Below are positions 12,235-30,477 of a stretch of DNA of 64,000 bases, in pieces. The notes below the pieces were generated by a model. That model was not told where the DNA came from and did no database searches. It saw nothing but the letters and a program-made list of their open reading frames with translations. Origin of the DNA: the human T2T-CHM13v2.0 reference genome, Homo sapiens; NCBI RefSeq assembly GCF_009914755.1, contig NC_060925.1; one strand, 5' to 3'. Within the stretch, counting starts at the first letter, position 1, and every line of letters begins with the position of its first letter. Made by a program: the position numbers and the translations under genes.

Positions 12235-15200
12235 TCATATATCAGGGGAAGACATTTCCCTGTTTGTATTCATGTCTCTGATCAGTATATCAATTAATTA
12301 GACATAGAATCTTGTTTAGATACTTCTGTTTGGATCTTTCTCCTTGAAGGTATATCACTTAATTTTCCTTTTACAGATCTCTGGGAGGGCAAGGTTATCT
12401 TCCAGTGTTCTAGGTATTGAAAGAATTTATACAGTGAGATAAGATGGGTGGGAGGATGTCAGCTGAGTCTCTAAAATGAGATTTAAAATGATCTCCACCT
12501 CCTGAAGTTTTAGAACAAGAGAGGCAGTAAGAGCTGAGTGATAAGACTTTATTGTCATAAAACTTTATAGACTTGGCCTAACACTGCTGCCTTCTGTATC
12601 TGTGTCCTTCTACTCTTCTCTGAAGTTTGGGACTGAATTAGCTATAGCCTCCAAGGTGGTATAACTTGAAGAAGTAAATAATAAAGTGGAATCAGAACTT
12701 CAGTAGTTCTGATTCAAAGAACTGGTCTTTGGCACAAGAATGTCTTGAGTTTGACTATAATCATCACTGCTTTCTAAATTAGCTTGAAATTGGCCCATTT
12801 TGAAACTAGTTTTTTTTCTTGTTTTTAATGTGTACATAGTATCCACAAGCTAGAATTGTCTTTAATCTTAATAGAAACTCCTTTTCTTTTTGCTCTCAAG
12901 TAGTTACTAGTTATAGGAAATATGTCACCAGAATACTTTGCCTGTGCTGAGAGTTGGATGTCAAAGAGCATCCACACTGCATAAACATTCTTGATATTAT
13001 ATAATTTACTTAACTACTAAAAAGGGAGAAGCTGTTATCTTAGAGCAGCATTCTTGGCTTTGTGTGTATGGCTTCCTGATTCTTTTGTTTACATTCTTGA
13101 ACTAAAACATTTAAATCTTTTACATCAGCAAGATTTCTCCATATCACTCTGATTTTCTTGTTCTTTGTCATGTGAATTTGCCAGACCTCTGCCTACTTTG
13201 ATATTGGCGCAGGTCTGCCTTTGCTCTTAAATATGTGGTTTTGGTTTTTGTTAAAATCACCCTATCTGCTAAAGGGAGATAGGTGCATGTGCATGTTGAA
13301 GAGAAAATGTAGTTTTTACTTCTCAAGTATTTTTTGTGGAAAAAAAGTAGATCCTAGAAGGACCATTTTCCTAGAAAATGTGGGCATGCTTCAGAGATAG
13401 TACACATAGGAGGAAGTCTTTTTTTGTTGGTTTATCTTCTGTTGTATTATATAAACTCTTCAACTTCAGCAGCCTGGAAAAATGTTTGTTTTCTTTATCA
13501 AAAAGAGACATTGGAGCACTGAAGACTGAGTAAATAATATGGAGATATTTGGTCTTTAGGACCAAATATTAGGAGCATTTTATTCCTAAAGGAATGAGGC
13601 GGGATGAATAAGTTGCCCAATTCAAAAATTTAAAAGTTGACTAATCCAGGAGAAATTAGGGATATTTATCTCTAGTTTGGCAATTATATTCAAAGATGTC
13701 ATTTTAGTCTATTCTGAAAGTTTTTTAATGGCCAGATAATCATGGTGTATACAAACTATCATGTGTTTAGATACAAATTGAAAATAGAATAGAATATTCA
13801 CAATTCTGCTTTCTCTCAAAAGACAAAAAAGATACATTAGGCAGTGTTCTGTAAACATGGGAAAATTATTTTAGGTTAAATGGGCTGAGAAGAAATTTGC
13901 TAAATTTTGCTTTTGTTACCACGTTTCCTGAAATGATGATAATAAATAATATTTTAAAAGGGTGAATAGAAGGATCTTTATTGTAGGTACTGGTGTTAAA
14001 ATTTAGGTTCAGAAATAATACTGTAAAGCTACTTTCTTTACACAGATTAACACATTTATCTTCTTGAATTATTTAATAATGAATGTCAAAAAATTCGAAA
14101 TCTCATATAAGATCTCACTTTGAAACAAAGTATATAAACTGTTGATTGCACAATTTGGGTTTTGTGAAGCAGTCAGTTTTGACTATAGGTGGCAGTGTAG
14201 GTGGGGCATCATAAATAATATTGCAGTATTGGTTGGCATTATAAAGGGTGTATGAGGAAATAACAGTTTCCATTCCAGACTTCATCTTGGTTTATGAGGG
14301 AATACGGAGTTTCCATTTTTGTTATCTCATACCGCAGCATCTCTTTAGCTTAAGTAAGAATTAAGGCCACTTCTGTTTATCAGTTTGCCAGGTCAAAGGG
14401 CAATATTAAAAATGTTATTTAAACATTTTAAAATGGCAAATATTGAGCCTTTGTGTGTTACAGTAATGATTAGAAACAAAGTACCACTGCTTTGTTGACT
14501 TTCAGCGTATACACTCATAATTTCGTGAAGATCAACATTATGGCTGATTCCTAGCTATCACTTTAAAGCAGTTTGAAATCTGCTACTATTTCTCCCATCC
14601 TGAAGCATATATTTACAGGATGAGCTCCAGGCAGCACTCTTTGGTTTACTTGCAACCTTCCTGATGTAGTAGATTTTTCTCTCTTAGATCCTTTTCTACT
14701 TTTCACATCTCTGGTTTTCATTGAAAATATGATGAATACTCTGTGGATCGCTTTAGGAAGGGAGATTAAGACAGAAATAATGTATGATGATTAATATGTA
14801 GCCCCTGCCAGATCTTAGTATTTTAATAGTAGGAGTATCTGATACCAAAGAATTAACTTCTAGTGGAATTTCAAAGGTTAGACTGGGAATGAAAGTTAAT
14901 TTCACTTGAAATTACATCACATTACTGGAAGGAAGGTCTTCTATTCCCAGTACCATTTTTTATGGAGTTCTGATATTTTGTTATGCTCATGTATAAATAT
15001 ATCTATGTAGATATTGAGGTTTGTACCACTTTTTTCATGTAAATATCCTCCTTCAAAAGAGAAGTAGGGTTAGCAGGTATGCAAATTGCTTTTTACAACA
15101 CTTTGTTTTATGACCTTGACTTTTCATTAATCTGCCCCATACCTGTCCCCAGCCAATTAACTAAAGAATTTGTATGCTTTATGATTTAAAAAGATTGCTG

Positions 15201-15589
15201 TTTTGGTCAATGAGTTTTTTAAAAGTCATCAAAGAGATTTGATTCTATGCAATATCAATTTAGAATTTAACCATATTACCATAGATATGATAGGCTAATC
15301 ATTGAAAATGTTTTCTGCTTTTTTTTGGATAATCTCTGTTTTGTTTTTACCTGTGATAATCACATAATGTAGGAAAAGCATTTGCTTTTTTACACTTTTT
15401 TAAAATTTTAAACTGTAGAGAATTTTTAAAGAAAAATAGGTTTTTCTGTAAAATAAGAATTTTGGTCATCACATTTTTTTCCCTGTCCCAGTACAGACTG
15501 TATGTTGAGTTATACTTGAGTTTATAGTATGCTGAAGACAGTGTTTTGGTAAAGTGTCTAGGGAAGTTTTACAAGAAAAGTATATTTAA

Positions 15590-15955
<366 letters not shown>

Positions 15956-16116
15956 TTATTTGTGTCCTATATTGGACTTTAGTTGTGAGGTGAATACAAA
16001 AGTAACCAGTCAAAAAATGCAAAAGATCATTCTAAATGATTTTTTGACTATCTGATATTAATTTATATTAGAATATTTAGGTATTTGGTACTTTTTCTGA
16101 TTGAATTTTGTTTTAG

Positions 16117-16185
16117 ATGCCATTCTAAATATGGTGAATATTGCTGCTAATATTCTGGGAGCAAAAACTGAAGACCTGACAGAAG
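16117..16185 (+). CDS. SUCO: SUCO coding exon ([22 protein letters not shown])
   Basis: ttag| acceptor, |gtacct donor; 69 nt, phase 1-1. Confidence 0.93.
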
Positions 16186-16956
16186 GTACCTAATCATTTT
16201 ATGGGTCTTTTAAATAGCTGGTACTCCAGGGATCCTTATATTTAGGAAAATCAAGTAATGAGTTAAGAAAATTTGATTGTTTACATTTAGAAATATAGAA
16301 ATAATTCAGAGGAACTTACCAATCTTTATTATTCATTGTTTATTTGAATTTCACAAGTTCTGTTTTATAAAAGAATACTGTCTATATAAAACTTATGAAT
16401 TTGCCTTTTGACTTCTCCTAGCTCTAATATTAATAGCAATGATTTTATTCCTTATCTCTTTACCGAGATTTTGATGTCCTAATGGTACTTCAAGTATGTT
16501 ATTCTTTTATGTGTTAAATAGCTACTTGATTTAGAAAGCCATCTTTTCCTTAGAGAATGACAGATGATAATATTTTTGGCAAGAAGAAACAGTCTTGCCT
16601 TTTTGTTTTTTTAAAAAATGCTTAGATCCAAGTGAACACTTAAAATGACTCATTTATTTCCTCTCATTTAACAACTCTTTCAGTATCTAGAAGGCATATT
16701 AATCACGTAAGGTTACACAACATTCATAGTCACCTGACTTGATTTAATTATCTGAGAAATTGAGAAACGATATATATTACTTGTGATCTTATATGATCAT
16801 TTCTTCCTAAAAGAACTTTGATTTTTTAAGAAAAAGTCTGCAGTAGCAAACCTATTTGGCTTTTTTCTTCTCTTCCAAGAAATTTGTTTTAGTAAAATAT
16901 TTTCATGGTACAGCTTTTAAAATTGAACTCAACATTGGGCATCTTTCTTAAAATAG

Positions 16957-17047
16957 GAAATAAAAGTATATCTGAGAATGCCACTGCCACAGCTGCACCT
17001 AAAATGCCTGAATCAACTCCTGTTTCAACTCCTGTTCCATCTCCTGA
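16957..17047 (+). CDS. SUCO: SUCO coding exon ([29 protein letters not shown])
   Basis: atag| acceptor, |gtaagt donor; 91 nt, phase 1 to 2. Confidence 0.94.
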
Positions 17048-19858
17048 GTAAGTTATAATGTGATATTAAATAGAATTTTGTTACAATGGAGAGATAAGTA
17101 TATTAGTATAAAAAAAGGAATTTGTGATTTGTGTGTGAAATGATTACCTGTAGAGAGCTCTGAATCATAGGATAGACATTCTGTGGCCACTTAGAAAATC
17201 TGAGTTGCTTCTTCCCATTAGTGTATATGCATACTGGGAATATAATTCAGATCAAACTTTTTTTGGGGGGGGTATTATATATTACTTTCATTATTCACAA
17301 CAGTGACTCTTTTCCATACTGGAAATAATTGACCTTACTCTGCAGGTATAGGCTTGAGGACAAATTTTAAAGGCCCCCCCTTTTTTTTATTAAGTTCAAG
17401 TTTAAAAGCATTGATCTGTGGTATCCCTAGAAAGCTACCAAAATACCTAGAGCAGTGGTTCTTGAATAATGTATTTGCCACACAGCAAGCTCTTAACTGT
17501 TCCATTTCTCTGAATCATGTAGGCCTTTCCCCAGGTTGCAGTGGGGACACTTTGGGCAGGGATGTATCTAAATAGGTAATAGATATATCTTTTACCTTTT
17601 TTGTCTTTTCTGCCAGAGGTGGTTACTTTAGTTGGTACCTCTACTTCTTACCTATAATAAATAATAAGCTTATAATGATTTGGATAATCAGGTAGTTATT
17701 GTAGACTTAATTTATGTATATTTCATTAGATACACTCCCTACAAAACTTTGCAAGTCCTTTATCTTAGAACAACTCTACTTAAAGAGTATAAGATATTTG
17801 AAATGAACCACTTAGTTCAAGATAGTATGTAATGAGACCTGCAGTGGGTATGCTTTGAACTGCAATTCCTGAGAACTATACTATTTCAAAAATGATATTT
17901 TGATGCTTTGAAAGGCATAGTGAGAAAATTATATTATCCTGTGTTAATCCTGAAAGTTACTGGAGATATTTATTGGGTAATTAGAAAATATAGCGTATGT
18001 GTTATTGATTCTGAAAAGGACCTAAGAAATCTATTGGGGATAGAGACATTCTTGGTGTTTCTAATTATGTGGAGCTGTGATTGCTGTTCCTGATTTTGTA
18101 ACTAGGTTTCTTCAGTTAACAACACGCTATGTCGTATTTTTCAAAACTAAATAAAACTGATTTGGTTTTTTATATATATATGTACACACTTTCATACACA
18201 TATGTGCACAAGTAGGAATATTTGTTGAAAGCTGTAGTCACAGGCTAACGTAGCAGTTTTTATTTTTCCATATTAGTTTTTTAATAGATATTTTTGCATA
18301 ATTTCTTATTCAGTATTTCTTCATGTTTGTCTTAAATTCTTTTTAATGCTTTTGAAGTAATCTTTTGAAGCAAATATGTGAAAATGAAGGAATCCATGAT
18401 AGGATGTCACTGTTAAAGTTACGGAAAGCCAACTTATTTTCTTTTCCTAGGTTTTAGTAGGTTTTGCCATGTGAATTTGAGAAAAAACTTTTAAAGTATA
18501 TTTCTGATTACAGTGTGTATGATGGGATATAACATCTGTATTCAGTATTTTTTACCAAATTCAATATAATTTTTCTCTCTCCCCTTCTTCAGACATTACT
18601 TGTTTTTACTGTCATAAATTATTTGGTAGAAAAGCAATATATTACCTGAATATGTAAGAAATATTATTAGAGACTAAATATATATGGCTATAAATATCTT
18701 TTTATTTACCGAAGTGTAGTCTAATTATGTTTTAATTTGGTCCATTTACTGTTTTACTACCAAAATGAAAGTCTACATCATAGATACTATTTTATTACTT
18801 TCTTCTGTCTTTGCTATTGTGACATTAGTCTTTATTTGAAGACATTTCCTGGCATGCTTAGTAATTTTTCAGAATGGGAAAATGTGTGTTTGAGCATAAT
18901 TATTTTTGGTATTGAAATTACCATATTTTTTCATATTGGACTTTTTATGTATAAGGCTACACCCAGTAATTAACTATCTTTATCTTGGAAGGAATCACAA
19001 GCATTATAATTTATAACACTGTCCCCATAAGCTTCATCCCCCCACTCTCCTGTATGCCACATACATACTCCACAGCCTCAAAATGGGATAGAATATTAAT
19101 AGTGGCACTAGTAGTTTAATAGCAGCACTGTTAGCATATCATAAGCCAGAATTGTTATTAAAGTGGTTAGGTATTTGGCTTAGAAGATTAGCCTAGATGA
19201 TAGCAAAATTATTTTAGGAAGGGAGATATGTTTCTTGTCCTTAAAGTAGATAATCCTATGTGTGTAGGTGTGTGTGTGCGTTGTGTGTTTAATGCTGTAT
19301 TGGAGTTCCTCAAATCATTCTTAGAAAAATTATGTTTGAGACCAACCTAGCTGCCTTTTGAAAATAGGGTATTCAAGTACAAAGTGCACTCATAAATATT
19401 AAGAATCCTAGATTCTAGTTTTAGCTCTGGACCTTATTTAAGCTAGTTTATTAAGCTAGCTCTTAGTTGGCTTAATTTCTGATGTGTAAGGGATAGTGAA
19501 GCTTGTAAAGATTCAGTGAATATTTATGAGAGGAAAGGAACACTACATTCAGTGAATGGAAGTATTCACTTAGAAACAATTCTTAAACAGATTAAAAGAA
19601 AGCAAGTTTGATATGGTAAATATGGTGGTTTGAGTCATCTGGCTAGTCACTTGATAAATAGTATTTCTCTTATCATTTCTGAGCAGTATTTGTTTTTATA
19701 ATAAAAGTGTTTTGTAGGTGAAACATTTATCCAAAAACAAATTTCTTCTATATTTCCAACCTTTTATCTTCTGTATGGATACATTTATTTTTCTTTAACA
19801 TATTTCAACTTTAGACTTCTAAGTAAGTGATTTATAATTATGATATATGTATTTCTAG

Positions 19859-21025
19859 GTATGTAACCACTGAAGTACACACACATGACATGGAGCCGTC
19901 AACACCAGATACTCCAAAAGAGAGTCCCATTGTACAGTTAGTTCAAGAGGAGGAAGAGGAGGCAAGTCCATCTACAGTGACCCTTCTGGGCAGCGGTGAA
20001 CAGGAAGATGAATCATCACCCTGGTTTGAGTCAGAGACACAAATATTTTGCAGTGAACTGACCACAATTTGTTGTATTTCTAGTTTTTCAGAATACATAT
20101 ATAAATGGTGTTCAGTTAGAGTTGCTCTTTATCGGCAGCGCAGCCGAACTGCTTTGAGTAAAGGAAAAGATTATCTTGTGTTAGCTCAACCACCCTTACT
20201 ACTTCCTGCGGAATCAGTAGATGTTTCAGTATTGCAACCTCTGAGTGGAGAATTGGAAAATACGAATATAGAAAGGGAAGCTGAAACTGTTGTTCTGGGT
20301 GATTTAAGTAGTAGTATGCACCAGGATGACTTGGTGAATCACACTGTAGATGCAGTTGAACTTGAACCAAGCCATTCTCAAACTCTTTCTCAGTCTCTTC
20401 TTTTAGATATTACCCCAGAAATCAATCCCTTGCCTAAAATAGAAGTATCTGAGTCTGTTGAATATGAGGCAGGACATATACCATCACCAGTGATTCCCCA
20501 AGAGAGTTCTGTTGAGATCGATAATGAAACAGAACAAAAGTCTGAGAGCTTTAGTTCTATAGAGAAACCATCTATTACCTATGAAACAAATAAAGTTAAT
20601 GAGTTAATGGATAATATTATAAAAGAAGATGTGAACTCCATGCAAATTTTCACAAAGCTGTCTGAAACAATAGTGCCACCAATAAATACAGCCACTGTAC
20701 CCGACAATGAAGATGGGGAAGCCAAAATGAATATAGCTGACACAGCAAAGCAAACTTTGATTTCTGTTGTGGATTCTTCTTCATTACCTGAAGTAAAAGA
20801 AGAAGAACAGTCTCCAGAAGATGCCCTTTTGAGAGGGTTACAGAGGACAGCTACAGATTTTTATGCTGAATTGCAAAATTCTACAGATCTAGGATATGCT
20901 AATGGAAATCTTGTACATGGATCAAACCAAAAGGAGTCAGTATTTATGAGACTTAATAATCGTATTAAAGCCTTAGAAGTTAACATGTCTCTCAGTGGTC
21001 GCTATCTGGAGGAGCTTAGCCAAAG
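19859..21025 (+). CDS. SUCO: SUCO large internal exon (acidic Ser/Thr-rich luminal region and start of coiled coil)
   Basis: ctag| acceptor, |gtaagc donor; 1167 nt inside the 400-aa ORF 19827..21029; ends ...[30 protein letters not shown]. Confidence 0.96.
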
Positions 21026-22082
21026 GTAAGCTTTATTATGAATTAGCACAGTCAGCTTCACACAGTGAGTTAAGCAGCATAGAGTATGACCTGTGATTAC
21101 AGGAGAGGATTTAATTATCTCATGATATAATAGAGGTAAGCGCAATTTTAGCAAGAGAGAGAAAGAAAGCTACTTGAATGCTGATCAGTGCCTTAATGAA
21201 TTGATTTTTTGTTTTTAATTTTAAAAGTACTTTCCAGTGACAAAACACTTTTATTAGGCTGGCAACAAGTTTGAATTATCTATACTCACTTTCACCTTTT
21301 TTCGGTTGCTTAACTTTAGCCACTTTTTCTGCTTGATTCCCAGAGGGCTCATGGAAAAAAATGATAGTATATAGACCTTAAAGCTTTTAGTGGAATTTGA
21401 CCAGATATCACTTAAGAGTTTAGATAAGTGAAGACAGAGATGGACTGAACTGGATGATTGGGCACATTTGCAGTTTGCTCTCTTTTAAACAGGTCTCGGC
21501 ATCCTAGTTCTAGTTGTAATAATTTCTGCTTTTAAGTGCCAGAGACAGTGCCAATTCATTAAGACACCAGGCCTGGCTTTTTAAACCTATTTACTCTTTT
21601 TTTTATCCTCTGTGTGTCCATTGTCTGTCCTTAGGGCTTCTCTACCAACGTTTTGCAAACATCTAGGCACAAGTGTCCAGAGTTCCTGAAACACCACCTT
21701 TTCTTACATCTCTTAAATTGAAATGCCACTAATAAGGTGTCACCAAGGCAGTCTTATATCTGAAGTAGGAAATTTTTCTAATCCATACATAGAATTAATT
21801 GGCTAATCATGTGTGTGTGTGTGTTCATGTGTAACATGCCCACTTAGCTACCCCATACCTGCTCTTACTTTTCCCTACCTCCATCTGCATCCCAAGGGAA
21901 CCACAGAAATTACTAAATTTTACATAGCAGAAGATAAATAGAATTGTATTGCATAGGCCTGAATAAGAGTCACTTTCAGAAAAATAGATTTGTCTCATAT
22001 ATCAAAATCAGAAGTATGTTTCCATTACTAAGTGGAATAAGTAAGAAATTAAAGCTGATTTAGACCAATTCTTACTTCATAG

Positions 22083-22170
22083 GTACCGAAAACAAATGGA
22101 AGAAATGCAAAAGGCTTTCAATAAAACAATCGTGAAACTTCAGAATACTTCAAGAATAGCAGAGGAGCAG
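22083..22170 (+). CDS. SUCO: SUCO coding exon ([29 protein letters not shown]; coiled coil)
   Basis: atag| acceptor, |gttggt donor; 88 nt, phase 2 to 0. Confidence 0.94.
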
Positions 22171-22595
22171 GTTGGTTTCTACATCCCTTATTTACTTTTT
22201 ATATAAATTTCCACTGAATTCTGTAGGGTCTCACTGGTAAACAGTAAGTATTGTAGTTTCACTTTTTCCCCCTGCTAGCTGGTGTTTAAGCCTGTTATAT
22301 TAATGTGATGTCATGTTTGGAAAGTTACATAGCTATTAGCATCATTATCTTCTGTAGAGAAAGATTTGTTTAATTTTTTTTTTAATTATACTTTTAAGTT
22401 CTAGGGTACATGTGTACAACGTGCAAGTTTGTTACATATGTATACAAGTGCCATGTTGGTGTGCTGCTGCTGTACCCATTAACTCGTCATTTATATTAGG
22501 TATATCTCCTAATGCTATCCCTCCCCCCTCCCCCCACCCCACAACAGGCCCTGGTGTGTGATGTTCCCCACCCTGTGTCCAAGTATTCTCATTGT

Positions 22596-26419
<3,824 letters not shown>

Positions 26420-26482
26420 TATGATGTTAGCTGGTTATTTTGCTCGTTAGTTCATGCAGTTTCTTCCTAGCCTTGATGGTCT

Positions 26483-27506
26483 TTACAATTTGGCATGTTT
26501 TTGCAGTGGCTGGTACCAATCGTTCCTTTCCACTTTTCGTGCTTCCTTCAGGAGCTCTTGTAAGGCAGGCCTGGTGGTGACAAAATCTCACGTTTGCTTG
26601 TCTGTAAAGCAGTTTGTTTCTCCTTCACTTATGAAGCTTAGTTTGGCTGGATATGAAGTTCTGGGTTGAAAATTCCTTTCTTTAAGAATGTTGAATATTG
26701 GCCCCCACTCTCTTCTGACTTGTAGAGTTTCTGCCAAGAGATCCACTGTTAGTCTGATGGGCTTCCCTTTGTGGGTAACCCGACCTTTCTCTCTGGCTGC
26801 CCTTAATATTTTTTCCTTCATTTCAACTTTGGTGAATCTGACAATTATGTGTCTTGGAGTTGCTCTTCTCGAGGAGTATCTTTGTGGCGTTCTGTGTATT
26901 TCCTGAATTTGAATGTTGGCCTGCCTTGCTAGGTTGGGGAAGTTCTCGTGGATAATACCCTGCAGCATGTTTTCCAACTTGGTTCCATTTTCCCCGTCAC
27001 TTTCAGGTACACCATTCAAATGTAGATTTGGTCTTTTCACATAGTCCCATATTTCTTGGAGTCCTTGTTCATTTGTTTTTACTCTTTTTTTCTCTAAACT
27101 TCTCTTCTCGCTTCATTTCGTTCATTTGATCTTCAATCACTGATACCCTTTCCTCCACTTGATCGAATTGTCTACTGAAGCTTGTGCATGAGTCACGTAG
27201 TTCTCGTGCCATGGTTTTCAGCTCCATCAGATCAATTAAGGTATTCTCTATGCTGTTTATTCTAGTTAGCCATTCGTCTAATCTTTTTTCAAGATTTTTA
27301 GCTTCTTTGTGATGGGTTTGAACATCTTCCTTTAGCTCAGAGAAGTTTGTTATTACCAGTTGTCTGAAGCCTACTTCTGTGTACTTGTCAAAGTCATTCT
27401 CCATCCAGCTTTGTTCTGTTGCTGGCGAGGAGCTGCATTCCTTTGGAGGAGAAGAGGCGCTCTCATTTTTAGAATTTTCAGCTTTTCTGCTCTGGTTTCT
27501 CCCCAT
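26483..27506 (-). pseudogene. L1 ORF1, frameshifted
   Basis: MGRNQSRKAENSK... from ATG at 27506; frame breaks near 27085 and near 26590. Confidence 0.93.
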
Positions 27507-28082
27507 CTTTGTGGTTTTATCTTCCTTTGGTCTTTGATGATGGTAACGTACAGATGGGGTTTTGGTGGAATGTCCTTCCTGTTTGGTAGTTTTCCTTCTC
27601 ACAGTCAGGACCCTCAGCTGCAGGTCTGTTGGAGTTTGCTGGAGGTCCACTCCAAACCCTGTTTGCCTGGGTATCACCAGTGGAGGCTGCAGAACAGCCA
27701 ATATTGCAGAATGGCAAATGTTGCTGCCTGATCCTTCCTCTGAAAGCTTTGTCTCAGAGGGGCACCCGGCCCCATATGAGGTGTCAGTTGGCCCCTACTG
27801 CGAGGTGCCTCCCAGTTAGGCTACACGGGGGTCAGGGACCCACTTGAGGAGGCAGTCTGTTCATTCTCAGATCTCAAACTCCATGCTTGGAGAACCACTA
27901 CTCTCTTCAAAGCTGTCAGACGGGGACGTTTAAGTCTGCAGAAATTTCTGCTGCCTTTTGTTCAGCTATGCCCTGCCCCCAGAGACGGAGTCTACAGAGG
28001 CAGGCAGGCCTCCTTGAGCTGCGCTGGGCTCCACCCAGTTCGAGCTTCCTGGCTGCTTTGTTTACCTACTCAAGCCTCAGCA

Positions 28083-28535
28083 ATGGCAGATGCCCCTCCC
28101 CTAGCCTCACTGCTGCCTTGCAGTTCAATCTCAGACTGCTGTGATAGCAGTGAGCGAGGCTCCGTGGGCATGGGACCCTCCGAGCCATGCACGGGATATA
28201 ATCTCCTGGTGTGCCATTTGCTAAGACCATTGGAAAAGCACAGTGTTAGGGTGGGAGCGTCTCAATTTTCCAGGTACCATCTGTCACAGCTTCCCTTGGC
28301 TAGGAAAGGGAATTCCCTCACCCTTGCACTTCCCGGGTGTGGCGGTGCCCCGCCCTGCTTTGGCTCACACTCCATGGGCTGCACCCACTGTCCAACAAGC
28401 CCCACTGAGATGAACCCAGTACCTCAGTTGGTAATGCAGAAATCACCCGTCTTCTGCGTCGCTGATGCTGGGGGCTGTAGACTGGAGCTGTTCCTATTCG
28501 GCCATCTTGGAACCTTCCAAGAAAGTTTTCTTTAG
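28083..28535 (+). other. L1 ORF0 homolog, open for 150 codons (translation unproven)
   Basis: gcaATGg Kozak context; MADAPPLASLLPCSSISDCC...GPSEP...FSR resembles primate L1 ORF0 (MAGAPPPASLPPCSLISDCC); part of ORF 28014..28535. Confidence 0.75.
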
Positions 28536-28959
28536 CATTATTCATAGTACATTGTGTGTGTGTGTTAAATAGAAACATAGAGGACTTTCCTGCAACTTTG
28601 TTAAACTCTAAAATATTTTTGTTTGTATTTTTTTTAATGTAGATAATCTTATTGACTGCAAGTAAGAACGGCTTTGTTTCTTCTTTTTGATCGTCATACC
28701 TTTTTTTTCCCCCTATCTCTTGGCTAGAGCCATATAGTGATACAATAGGACTGGTAATTATGACCGTTCCCCTATCTTGCTGATTTTAAGGGAACTATTC
28801 TAGTATTGCACCTCTAGTGTGATATGTGTGTTGTCACATAATAAAGAAATTTTACACTTTTCTAAAAGGTTATTTGGGTCTCGGGGATGGTGAAGTGAGG
28901 AGGCCTTATACTGCGGAGTTTTGTTAGGTGCATCTTACTTTCCTATTCATGGCACGTTA

Positions 28960-29690
28960 TAAATTGGAGATACACTTTGCAAATATTTTCTCCCAATCCA
29001 TTACTTGTTTTCTTATTCTCTTTACAGTGTGGTTTGAAGAGCAGAAGTTTTTGATTTGTTGAAGCCCAATATATCAGTTTTCTCTTTGCTCTATGAAATA
29101 TTTGCCTAACGCAAAATCACAAAGATTTTTTCCTTTGTTTTTTCTAGAAGCTTAATAGTTTAGTTTTATATTAGGCCCATGATTCATTTTGAGTTAACTT
29201 TGATGTGTTACAGGGTATGGATCAAAGTTCTTTTTGGAAAGTCAGGGTTAGAAGAGCAAAGCATATAGACATCCATTTGTTCTAGAATCATTCGTTGGAA
29301 TGAGCGTCCTTTCTCCACAGAATTTCCTTTGTATATTTGATAAAAATCAGTTAACCATATATATGTGGGTCTGTTTCTGGGCTTTTGTTCTATTGATCTG
29401 CTTGTCTATCTTTAAGGTAATAACACAATGTTATGTTTGTTGTAGCTTTATATTAACATTTTTAGTCAGCTAATGTTAAGTCCTCCAATTTTATTCTTTT
29501 ACAAGATTGTTTTGGCTGTAGTAGTTTTTTGCGTTTCTGTGTGGATTTTAGGCTCAGCTTGTTAATCTCTACCAAAATTGAATCTTGATTGAGATTGTGT
29601 TGATGAATTTATAGATTAATTTGCATAATGTCATCTTAATATTAAGGCTTCTGACTCATGAACGCAGTGTGTTATTTAGCTTTCATTAGT
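28960..29690 (-). mobile_element. old L1M fragment (ORF2 3' region)
   Basis: tttgcaaatattttctcccaatcc...gaagagcagaagtttttgat typical antisense L1M sequence; boundaries approximate. Confidence 0.75.
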
Positions 29691-30226
29691 TTGAATACGA
29701 AAGCCCCTTCCTCTGTATTTTCTCTTTGCTGATATGTAGCATCTATGTCTTGTGTCTCAAAGACTTATGTGAGTACTTTTCAACAATGTTGTATATTAAT
29801 AGTATTGGAAGTTAATCCTGATTAGAAGTGTTAATCAACTTACTAACTTTAATAGCTTGTCCTTTAAATGTTTATAACTGTCTTGAATTCATCAGAGTCA
29901 AATGTAAGTCAGGATTCAAAAGAAACAATTTAAAAAGTCACATTTAGCATTTTGGAAAGATGAAGTAGGATAGAAAGTACCATAGTGGATCACAGTAAGG
30001 GAAGTAAGTGAAATATTTTGTTACAGTTTTATACACCCCCCCTCTCCACACACAGGTACACAGCTTTTTAAAAAAGTTTTTGAATCAAAATATGAAAAAC
30101 TTAGGTCTAGAATAATAAATAGCTATGTAGATATTTCATATAAGGTCCTAAAAGAGTTTTAGATTTCCTTGACTTCTTCCTGCCCTCGTTTCCTCCTCCC
30201 TAACTTTATTAAAAGTTCAAATTTTC

Positions 30227-30477
<251 letters not shown>

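Noticed and set aside
12377-12413. Possible 37-nt cryptic exon (ttttacag|...tag|gtattg)
   Set aside because: Plausible splice sites only; such pseudo-exons are common and I have no conservation or expression support
19827-19858. N-terminal extension of the 400-aa ORF
   Set aside because: Intronic sequence upstream of the real acceptor at 19858/19859
20116-20370. 84-aa antisense ORF overlapping the large exon
   Set aside because: Expected by chance opposite a long coding exon
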